A stretch of DNA of 63,990 nucleotides, counting the filler, from Octopus bimaculoides (taxonomy: Eukaryota), in assembly GCF_001194135.2 (NCBI RefSeq). It is 7 parts of 6 records of this genome, joined end to end, with 100 filler letters (N's around TTAATTAATTAA, not from the genome) between each part and the next. Parts side by side here need not be neighbours in the genome. Positions count along the whole stretch, not along the records: positions 52,031 to 57,323 come from NC_068984.1; positions 57,424 to 61,504 come from NC_068982.1; positions 61,605 to 63,990 come from NC_068997.1; 4 more parts are not named here. One strand, 5' to 3'. Each line of letters begins with the position of its first letter. The first letter of the stretch is position 1. This document shows, in pieces, positions 52,671-62,599 of this stretch. A program made the translations under genes and the position numbers. The notes below the pieces were generated by a model that did no database searches, had not been told where the DNA came from, and saw only the letters and a list, made by a program, of their open reading frames with translations.

Positions 52671-53639
52671 ACAGAGAGAAGTACACATACACACGCATTC
52701 GCAGATAGAATAGTTCATCCGTAATCTCTTCCTTCACACTCACATACAGATACAAACATACCTACACATCCATATGTGTANNNNNNNNNNNNNNNNNNNN
52801 NNNNNNNNNNNNNNNNNNNNNNNNNNNNNNNNNNNNNNNNNNNNNNNNNNNNNNNNNNNNNNNNNNNNNNNNNNNNNNNNNNNNNNNNNNNNNNNNNNNN
52901 NNNNNNNNNNNNNNNNNNNNNNNNNNNNNNNNNNNNNNNNNNNNNNNNNNNNNNNNNNNNNNNNNNNNNNNNNNNNNNNNNNNNNNNNNNNNNNNNNNNN
53001 NNNNNNNNNNNNNNNNNNNNNNNNNNNNNNNNNNNNNNNNNNNNNNNNNNNNNNNNNNNNNNNNNNNNNNNNNNNNNNNNNNNNNNNNNNNNNNNNNNNN
53101 NNNNNNNNNNNNNNNNNNNNNNNNNNNNNNNNNNNNNNNNNNNNNNNNNNNNNNNNNNNNNNNNNNNNNNNNNNNNNNNNNNNNNNNNNNNNNNNNNNNN
53201 NNNNNNNNNNNNNNNNNNNNNNNNNNNNNNNNNNNNNNNNNNNNNNNNNNNNNNNNNNNNNNNNNNNNNNNNNNNNNNNNNNNNNNNNNNNNNNNNNNNN
53301 NNNNNNNNAGAATTGCGCGAAACATTACACAAATGTGTAGAATGATCAGGTAGTGTTGCTGGGCTTTGTATTTTTTTCATAGCACCCGTGGTTACCGAGA
53401 TAATCTACTATAATAATACTCTTGTGTTTATGAATGAGAAAGGAAGGGGTGATAGATGAATAAGGAAGGAAGGGGTAATGTCATACTTGGTAGTGGGATG
53501 ATGAAAATAGTACGCTGGAAAAAATAAATCAAACAGCGTTTCAACTCTGTGTGAATATATGTGTGTGTATGTAAAAGGGGGTATGTAAATGTGCGTGTGC
53601 GTGTGTGTGTGTGTGTTTGTGTTTGTGTGCGTGTGTGCG

Positions 53640-54125
53640 CGCAATGAAAGTGGGATTTTTTGTGAAGTCTTTGTAGTGTTTCAGTTATTTGTCTTTCAGT
53701 TTCAGATGGTTTTTTTTTTATTTTGGTTTTTTAAATTTTGTGTAATATTTCGCTTTGAGGTTGAGGTATTTAATGTTTTTCAGTCATTATATTTTCGTTG
53801 TTTTTTAACCTTTGAAAATTTAAAAGATCTTTGGCCTATTTTTTTTTATTTCTTTTAATTTTTAGTTTATTTTTTATGTTTGTTTCTGTTGTTTTGCATC
53901 TTTGTTCGATTACTATTTGGGTTTATTTTTTTAATTTGGTTGAATCTTGGCTGTTTTTTTGTTTTTTTTTGCTGGTCATTTATTTTTAGCATTTTGACAG
54001 AAAAAAAGTCATTCTAAAATTGTTTTTTAACGTAAGCGTGCCCAAACAAGTCGAATGCTTACACAGAACAGGTTTTACAGCCACATCATCCAAACCGACC
54101 GGGTGAAACCGGGCTTAGCTGCTAG
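53640..54125 (+). mobile_element. Non-autonomous Helitron-like element (3' end clear, 5' end uncertain)
   Basis: CCGG-GTGAAA-CCGG hairpin at 54099-54112 followed by CTAG|T at 54122-54126. Confidence 0.65.
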
Positions 54126-54157
<32 letters not shown>

Positions 54158-54173
54158 TTTTATTTTTTTTATT

Positions 54174-54394
54174 CAGGGTTGGCCAAAAGTCACTCTACAG
54201 TAAATCAAAATTCCATAGATACTATTTGCAATTCTATACTGACTCGAATGGAAAAATGTGTCGCTCAGTTTTAACAATTTTCATGATGTTTCATATTTAG
54301 ATGCTTTTATTAAATTCATACAGTTGTTAAACATGAATAAAACTTGGAATTAAATGGTTTTGATTTACTGTCAGGTGACTTTTGGCCGACCCTG
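54174..54394. mobile_element. Tc1/mariner-type MITE
   Basis: 20-bp TIRs CAGGGTTGGCCAAAAGTCAC / GTGACTTTTGGCCGACCCTG (1 mismatch); TA on the right flank. Confidence 0.88.
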
Positions 54395-54483
54395 TATATA
54401 TACCTATTTTCCCACACACACCGCTCCAGTGCTTTCTTGTTCTCACGTTTCTGCTCTTTAATTATTATCTCTCTCTTTTCTTT

Positions 54484-54515
<32 letters not shown>

Positions 54516-54871
54516 ACACACACACACACACACACACACACATGCATTTCGTACACATATATACACACACATATATACTTACCCACATATGCTATGCATC
54601 TCTATCTCACACCCACACGCACATACTCTCTTTTTGTCACACTTATGCTTTCCTTCTCTCTCTTTCTCTCTCTCTCTCTTTGTCTTTCGGGTTCTCTCTC
54701 TCTCCATTCTCCTCTCTCTCTTTCTTTCTCTCAGTCTCTGTCAGTCTCTCTTACTCATGGAATTTCTTGTTACGTGTCATTTCTCTCGCTATAGTTCATA
54801 CGCACGCATACACAAACATCACACACGCATACACTCATAAATGCTTTCTCTTGTCTCTTTCAAAGTCCTAA

Positions 54872-54909
<38 letters not shown>

Positions 54910-55104
54910 GCACACATATACTCAAACACACAGAGGGTTTCTACTGGTTTCTTACGATTTCATTCTTGTGTGTGTGTGTATTGCCACACACACGGTTACA
55001 CACACACACACACACACACACACTTCCTCGTCTTTTCTCTGTATTTCATTATAATTGAGACATATACACATACAAATATACGTAACACAGACGTTCTCTG
55101 TGTG

Positions 55105-55157
<53 letters not shown>

Positions 55158-55159
<2 letters not shown>

Positions 55160-55530
55160 GCGTGGTACCTTGGGCAAGTGTCTCCCATTATAGCCTCTAG
55201 CTGACCAAAGCCGATAAGTGAACTTGGTAGACGGAAACTGAAAGAAGCCCGTTGTATATGCATGTGTGTGTGCGTGTGTGTGCGTCTTTGTGTCTGCCCT
55301 TTACCACCATTTGACAACCGGTATTGGTGTGTTTACGTCCCCGTAACATAGCTGTTTGACAAAAGAGATCGATAGAATAAGTACCAAGTTTTGCAAAAAA
55401 CAAAACAAAGCAAAAAAACAAAAACAAAAGTACGGGGGTTGATTCGTCCAACTAAAATTCTTCAAGGCAGTACTCTAGCATGGCCGCAGTCTAATAGCTG
55501 AAACAAGCAAACGATAAAACATAAAAGATC
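55158..55530 (+). mobile_element. SINE family B copy (5'-truncated)
   Basis: CTGCGTGGTACCTTGGGCAAG...GGTAGACGGAAACTGAAAGAAGCCCG...GCATGGCCGCAGTC...CTGAAAC. Confidence 0.85.
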
Positions 55531-56402
55531 TATCTATCTCTCTATCTCTTGCACGTGATACACAGTTACTCCCTAATACTTCACTTTCTCTTACACACAC
55601 ACACAAACACACACACACTGTCTCTCTTTCTCACTCTCTCTCTCTCTCTCTCTCTCTCTCACGCACACACATACATATACACACTCACACACACAGGCTC
55701 AAACATTTCCTTTCCCTCATGCTACTTTTTAATTATACTTAATTAACACTTTAGTTTTAGTACATGATATTATTTTCTTAAATTTCGATTGGTTAATTAC
55801 TTCGTTAAATTCCACCAATCTCTCCTTACCCTTTCTCGTCAACTTCCACATATCGCCAAAGGCGCAATTCCCCCACCCACGCTCACACACACACACACAC
55901 ACACACTACCACTATTCTGTTACAGTGTTTTCTCAGTTTACCATTTCAGATCCTTCGTTCATCACTCAAGTCGCCGAATGACGGAGTTTGTTGTGTTACG
56001 TGTAGATTTTGCAGTGTGTGTGTATGTGTGTGTGTGTGTATGTGTGTGTGTGTGTGTATAAGTGTCTGTGTTTGTGTGTGTGTGCGTGTATGTGTATATT
56101 TCACCATCACCAACATACTATTATCATCATCATCATCACCATCACCACCACCACCGCCACAGCCGCCACCATCAGCACCATCAGCACCACCGCCACAGCC
56201 GCCNNNNNNNNNNNNNNNNNNNNNNNNNNNNNNNNNNNNNNNNNNNNNNNNNNNNNNNNNNNNNNNNNNNNNNNNNNNNNNNNNNNNNNNNNNNNNNNNN
56301 NNNNNNNNNNNNNNNNNNNNNNNNNNNNNNNNNNNNNNNNNACCACCACCACCACCACCACAGCATTAGAGGTTCTTGGCCCTTATTCCTATCGATGTAG
56401 AT

Positions 56403-56669
56403 GTTCTAACGAATCCAGGTAAAAAAAAATCACAGTGGGTGTCCTGGGGGGGATTTAGTCCGGATCCCATAAATTGTGACGTTTTTCCTGTAACTTTATA
56501 ACCGGTCATCATAAACTAATTGTGACTTTTTTCCTAGCCAAAATTGTGACTTTTTTCCTAGCCAAAATTGTGACTTCTTCCTAGCCAAAATTGTGACTTT
56601 TTTCCTAGCCAAAATTGTGACTTTTTCCTAGCCAAAACTGTGACTTTATTACTGGTCACCGTTCTAACG
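56403..56669. mobile_element. Small TIR-like element with internal 24-bp tandem array and candidate 8-9-bp TSD
   Basis: GTTCTAACG direct repeat at both ends; imperfect TIR CCAGGTAAAAAAAAATCACAG / CTGTGACTTTATTACTGG; 5 copies of AATTGTGACTTTTTTCCTAGCCAA at 56518-56647. Confidence 0.6.
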
Positions 56670-56800
56670 CCCTAGTCATATTTAGGACAATTTAGTTTCC
56701 TTTTTTGGTAAAACATTGCACACGGTTGTCTATATTAATTGCTTGAAAACACTTGAGCGATTCGTTAAATCATCCATAGATTTTTATGGTGAATTCATAT

Positions 56801-56940
56801 GTACTGACAGAGAATTAAATGCGGAATCAGCCGAATTGAGCGGTCCCTACTGATGAGGCTACGGAATTAGCCGAAACTGTCCGATCAGTATAGCGAATTT
56901 TCGACCGATGCTTTCGGACGATTACAGTTCTTGTCAGTGC
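56801..56940 (+). ncRNA. Canonical type I hammerhead ribozyme with long extended stem I
   Basis: CUA-CUGAUGA-GGCUA(CGGAAU)UAGCC-GAA-ACUG(UCCGAU)CAGU-A^UAG. All core nucleotides are intact, with four further helices extending stem I. Confidence 0.92.
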
Positions 56941-57224
56941 ATATATATACAATGATGCGCTTTAACTGCAATATTAGAGCTTTTACCTCTTATCTCTAGC
57001 AATGTAAGTGTATGTGTGTGTGTATTTATGTATATGTGTGTATGTATGTTTGTATGTATGTATGTATGTATCATTCAGAACAGAAAAAAGTGTTGCAGAT
57101 TGGTGTTGGGAATGTGATGATGATGATGACGTTTACTGTCTGCGTTTTCTATATGCTGTCTTCTCAGTTTTTTCGCGTCTCTTCTATTATTCAATTTTTT
57201 TAGCTCGTTATGCTATGTGGTTTA

Positions 57225-57275
57225 CGCCTGAAGAATATGTTTGAGTTCTCTCAACATATGAAACTATTAGTAGCG
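57225..57275 (+). ncRNA. Type I hammerhead ribozyme (short stems I and III)
   Basis: CGC-CUGAAGA-AUAUGUU..GAG(UUCU)CUC.AACAUAU-GAA-ACU(AUU)AGU-A^GCG. Confidence 0.7.
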
Positions 57276-57423
57276 CTTTAATATATGTATTGTGACCTTT
57301 AAATATATATATATATATATATANNNNNNNNNNNNNNNNNNNNNNNNNNNNNNNNNNNNNNNNNNNNTTAATTAATTAANNNNNNNNNNNNNNNNNNNNN
57401 NNNNNNNNNNNNNNNNNNNNNNN

Positions 57424-57462
<39 letters not shown>

Positions 57463-57464
57463 TA

Positions 57465-57817
57465 CTCTTTACTCTTTTACTTGTTTCAGTCATTTGATTG
57501 CGGCCATGCTGAAGCACCGCCTTCAGTTGAGCCAATCGACCCCAGGGCTCATTCTTTTTTAGCCTGGTACTTATTCTATCTTTTTTGCCGAACCGCTAAG
57601 TTACGGGGATGTAAACACACGAGCATCAGTCATCAAGTGATGGTGGGGAGACACACAAACATATACACACACATAGATATAGCTTCTTTCAGTTTCTGTC
57701 TACCAAATCCACTCACAAGGCTTTGGGCGGCACAAGGCTATAATTGAAGACACTTGCCCAAGGGGCCACGCAGTGGGACTCAACCCGGAACCATGTGGTT
57801 GGTAAGCAAACTACTTT
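57465..57817 (-). mobile_element. SINE family B copy
   Basis: Matches 32901-33277 including the (GTAAAAGA)n tail; tRNA-like head CCACATGGTTCCGGGTTGAGTCCC. Confidence 0.85.
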
Positions 57818-58749
57818 ATTTCATTATTACATAAGTATTTGCCATGAAGGCATTACAAAGAGGGGACAAACAAGGACAGACAAACATAAAAGGGTGTAGT
57901 AGCTGCTATGTAGTGATTAAAAATTTACGATTTAAAAATACAACAATTTAATGATTATATTTATAATTTTCGACTTTAGTGTTGCTCATTACAAATTGCA
58001 TCCGACCACAGCTTTCTCTTTGATTTTTTTGGCTTCCATTTACCTGGTGTCAAACACNNNNNNNNNNNNNNNNNNNNNNNNNNNNNNNNNNNNNNNNNNN
58101 NNNNNNNNNNNNNNNNNNNNNNNNNNNNNNNNNNNNNNNNNNNNNNNNNNNNNNNNNNNNNNNNNNNNNNNNNNNNNNNNNNNNNNNNNNNNNNNNNNNN
58201 NNNNNNNNNNNNNNNNNNNNNNNNNNNNNNNNNNNNNNNNNNNNNNNNNNNNNNNNNNNNNNNNNNNNNNNNNNNNNNNNNNNNNNNNNNNNNNNNNNNN
58301 NNNNNNNNNNNNNNNNNNNNNNNNNNNNNNNNNNNNNNNNNNNNNNNNNNNNNNNNNNNNNNNNNNNNNNNNNNNNNNNNNNNNNNNNNNNNNNNNNNNN
58401 NNNNNNNNNNNNNNNNNNNNNNNNNNNNNNNNNNNNNNNNNNNNNNNNNNNNNNNNNNNNNNNNNNNNNNNNNNNNNNNNNNNNNNNNNNNNNNNNNNNN
58501 NNNNNNNNNNNNNNNNNNNNNNNNNNNNNNNNNNNNNNNNNNNNNNNNNNNNNNNNNNNNNNNNNNNNNNNNNNNNNNNNNNNNNNNNNNNNNNNNNNNN
58601 NNNNNNNNNNNNNNNNNNNNNNNNNNNNNNNNNNNNNNNNNNNNNNNNNNNNNNNNNNNNNNNNNNNNNNNNNNNNNNNNNNNNTGGGGGCTAATGTATG
58701 TGGGGCTAATGTATGTGGGAGCTAATGTATGTTGGGGTTTGGAGGTTTT

Positions 58750-59340
58750 TTTTTGTAGTTGAAGGGCCTGGTGTCTGCGCACTTATTCTTTTCTTCCATA
58801 TTTCGTATTCTACACATATTCGAAACATGTGGGCCTTTTGCCCTCTACTTGAATTCTGAGGGCAATATGCTCACCCAAGAGCACTCTCTCTGGAAGCATT
58901 TCGATATCTTCCTGAGTTCCCTGAATAATAGCGGAGATGCTCTGCCCGTGCCAATTTTGTGGGACAGTGCAGGTGATTTGGAGGAAGGTAATTTTGTCCG
59001 TCCTGTTATACAACAGGGTGGCCATCACCTCCTGTGCCTCAATTTCTGGTGGTACATCGTTCACTTTGACGCGTGCTGTTCTCCTTCCCATGTAGGTTGG
59101 GAGCAGCACCACCTCCTTTGTTTTCAGGGGACTCACTGAGTGCCCTTGGGCTTTTTCGGCTGTCTCAAATCTGGCCTCTATTGTTCCATATGCCCGGCCC
59201 TTCGCTATGTACTTTATGTCTTTCCATATAGGGGCCAGGCACTTTTCTATTTCGCACTTTTCGAAGCGCTTAAATTTCTTTGATGAAGGTCAGTACGTTT
59301 TGTAAACGACTGTCCTCTTCATGTTTTCAACACTAGGGGA
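58750..59340 (-). mobile_element. LINE ORF1-like (gag-like, degenerate CCHC) pseudogene, probably L1/Tx1 group
   Basis: RTVVYKTY...GTIEARFET...LLPTYMGRRTARVKVNDVPP...LRIQVEGKRPTCFE followed by a frameshifted Cys motif. Confidence 0.6.
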
Positions 59341-59569
59341 GGGTGAGATCTTTATATTCTCACCCACCTTCCTCTTTCATTCTCTCAAAAAGCTCAGAGA
59401 GCTTCTCCGTTGGTATTACCACGTTTTCACATGATACAGTGGCTACTGCCACGAACGTTTTTGCTGGCTCATCCAGTGGTTTTGTTTGTTGAATTATTTC
59501 GACAGACATACTCGGTCGAAATTAATTCTTACAGAATAAAGTTTTCAATTATAATCCCTAATAATGGGA

Positions 59570-60100
59570 TTTTTTTCCCTCTTAAAGAGAATACCAGTTC
59601 AAATCCTACCCCCCCCCCCACCGCTCGTGGGTGGAGTGTAGTAGTAGAGCCTGTAATGAGCTTACTTTTTCCAAAACGGGAAACCTATGTTTTTCTTTCT
59701 TTTTCCTCTTAGAGAGGATACCAGTTCAAATCTGGGGTGTAGCAATAGAGCCTGTAACGAGCTTTTCCAAAACGGGAAACCTATAATCTGTGTTCTTTTT
59801 TCCCCCTCTTAATGAGGACAATAGTTCAAATAATAAAGCCTACAACAGCTGAAGTTTAGTTTTCCTACACAGCACAGAACACATCAAAGATAGAAAACCT
59901 ATGTTGTGTTTTTTCCTTTTAACGAGGATAACAGTTCAAAAATAAATAAATCCTACGGCATAAATTAATCCCTCAAAACGGGAGACCTATATTGTGATTT
60001 TTTCCCTCTTAACGAGGATAAAAGTTCAAAAATAAATAACAGTTCATATCCCACCCCCACTGGGGGGCTGGGCGCAACAATAAGCCTACAACGGCTTTAA
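59570..60100. repeat. Imperfect tandem array of 5 monomers (~90-130 nt) upstream of the ORF1-like region
   Basis: Core TTTCCCTCTTAANGAGGATANCAGTTCAAA at ~59575, 59702, 59801, 59913 and 60001; AAAACGGGAAACCTAT also recurs. Confidence 0.85.
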
Positions 60101-60849
60101 AATGTTCAATTTTTAGCATATAAAAACGACTCTGCACAAACAATTCCTTTCTCCCGTCACCGGGGAAAGGCACAAAGAACATCAACAGTTTTTCGGAGAG
60201 TGGGTTATACATCAATAGATGTACACCTAACTTTCCTATGTTAAATTAGAAGAGAACTGAACGCAGAAACTCCAAACTGATCAACAACAACAAATATTTA
60301 TTGTACGGTGAAAAATAAAACAGCCTCCAATCGTCCGGTTTTAGAGTAGCCTGAAATGTAGATATACGGTTCCTCGAGCTGGTGTCGTTGTAGAGACAAC
60401 TTGGTTCAACCACACTCAAATGGGAGAGCTTGCTTAGACGTCTTGCTTGGTCGCTGTCAGGCTTGGTAAAAAAGCAGACTAATTGCGGGAACGCTTTGAT
60501 GTTGAAAACCCACGCATGCGTGGTTAAGGATTCAGCAATGGCGCCTATGCCTTTTAGCGCCAATATGACGTCACTACAAGTTCAACAATTTTCGACAATT
60601 CGAAAATGTTCGACACGTTAACAACAATTTCAATAGCAACAGTCCAATTTTGAACAAAACGCTCAACGACAGAGGTAGGCAAGCAACTTTATTTCATTTT
60701 ATTTGCCATAAAGGCAGTATACAGAGTAGCTGCAGGCTGGACAAACACATTAATGAGATGAGATGAATGATGAACATGATGATATTAATGGGAGAAGACA
60801 GAAGCCGCCCGCCAAACTCTGTTTCTCTAAAACATTGTTTCTCTGCTTC

Positions 60850-60976
60850 TTGTCATGGATCGTCCTGCTGGGATAGCACACGTTTCCCCGACAAGTTTGT
60901 CCACGACCCACGCCAATCTTTTCGCTAGCACCTTGGCCAAAATCTTTAACTCTGTGTTCAGCAGAGTTATAGGCGG
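60850..60976 (-). mobile_element. L1/Tx1-like RT fragment
   Basis: PITLLNTELKILAKVLAKRLAWVVDKLVGE, homologous to 15290-15400. Confidence 0.85.
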
Positions 60977-60979
60977 CAC

Positions 60980-61415
60980 GTCATCTGCATAGCTAGCAAG
61001 GGTGGCTATCTGAGCAGCCGAGGGTATGTCCGAGAGGGCCACTATGAAGAGCAGTGGTCCCAAGACAGTGACTTGTGGAACACCACTTGCTATTTGCGTT
61101 TCCTTGGAGATGGCTCCATTGGCCACTACTGCCTGAGGCTATGCTTTAGAAAGTTGTGCAGCCATTCTCCAAGTTTTCCGCATATGCCGAGATCACACAG
61201 TTTGTGACATATCATATCATGGTCAACTTTATCAAAGGCTTTTGCAAAGTTGAGATATATCACAGCCACGCTTCTGTTTTAACATCCAGTCGTAGTGTTG
61301 CAGCAGCTGTGTCAGACAGCTTCTACCTGGACGAAATCCATGCTGGGTGTCAGTCAACAAGTTGTTTTCTTCTAGGAACGTGATTAGTTTCTTGCGGACT
61401 ATTTGTTCCATGACT
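60980..61415 (-). mobile_element. CR1/L2-group LINE RT fragment
   Basis: QHGFRPGRSCLTQLLQHY; IYLNFAKAFDKVDH; SGVPQVTVLGPLLFIV...SYADD. Confidence 0.92.
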
Positions 61416-61604
61416 TTATATGTGTGTGTGTGTCTATGTATATATATATATGTATATATATATATGTATATATGTATATATATGTATATATATATATATA
61501 TGTANNNNNNNNNNNNNNNNNNNNNNNNNNNNNNNNNNNNNNNNNNNNTTAATTAATTAANNNNNNNNNNNNNNNNNNNNNNNNNNNNNNNNNNNNNNNN
61601 NNNN

Positions 61605-61986
61605 GTCAGTTGTTTGACCTTAACCAGTTGAGCATGTCCCTTGGTGACTGACGATATGTGCATCTCTGATCATGAGCAGAAGTAGTGGGGGAGCATCATA
61701 GCCGTGTGTTGAAAGGAATTCTTTGGGGTTTGAATAATTCACTTCTGGAAACATGGGTGTTTTGCTCAACATCCTTAAACGACCCTTATTCAGGGACCTT
61801 TTGATTGGGATGGGTTACACGACCTGAAGAAAATTCTAACTGGGCCCCACCTGCAAGATTATGCGCTGCTTATCTTGATATGAGATCACCATGTCGCGCA
61901 CATATGGTTGTGATGCATGTGCCTAGTGTACCCTTATCAGACGGGTAGTCATGATGGGTATACTGGGCTTCATATATTTGTACCCC
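61605..61986 (+). repeat. Unclassified interspersed repeat (family E), copy 2
   Basis: Aligns with 295-640. Confidence 0.8.
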
Positions 61987-62129
61987 AGTTGCAGCAAAGG
62001 TGAAAGAAATAAGAACGAAAAACAGAAGAAGAATAGCAGATGTATTACGACTAAATTCTATGATACCACCAGTTGTACCCGAAGTATAACAATCACGGAT
62101 CTATTCAATTTGACGTATAGATCCAGAAT

Positions 62130-62537
62130 CACTACCCACCACCATCGCAACCACCACCACCACCACCACAACCACCACCACAACTACCACCACAACCACC
62201 ACCACAACCACCACCACCACAACCACTACTACTCCCACGACGACCACTACCTCTATTGCTACCATCACCACTGCTATCACTACCTCTGCTACTAAAGCCA
62301 CCAATAGCTTCTACTACTACCACCACCGCCGCCACCACTGTCACATCACCACCACTACTTCTACAACCACCACCATCACTACTACTACTACTACTTCTAC
62401 TTCTACCAACATTAATATAACAACCAAAGCTACTACCAGCAGTCCTATTACTACTACCACTATCACCATCACAGCTACTTCCTCCAACACCACCAATACT
62501 ACTTCTACTACTACTACCACCACTACTACTACTACTA

Positions 62538-62599
<62 letters not shown>

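Noticed and set aside
59570-60100. Monomer core CUG-UUAU-CCUC(N5)GAGG-GAAA on the minus strand, spaced like a hammerhead
   Set aside because: The essential A6, G8 and A9 positions are absent in all monomers, and no stem III/NUH or stem I could be built.
60246-60563. 105-aa minus-strand ORF MALKGIGAIAESL...
   Set aside because: No recognisable motif or splice signals; it lies between LINE fragments and is probably LINE untranslated sequence.
23273-61560. TTAATTAATTAA 12-mers at 23273, 33322, 42479, 51975, 57368 and 61549
   Set aside because: Each sits centred in N runs (44 N + 12 nt + 44 N = 100 nt where counted) and encodes stops in all six frames, so it is an assembly gap linker rather than biology.
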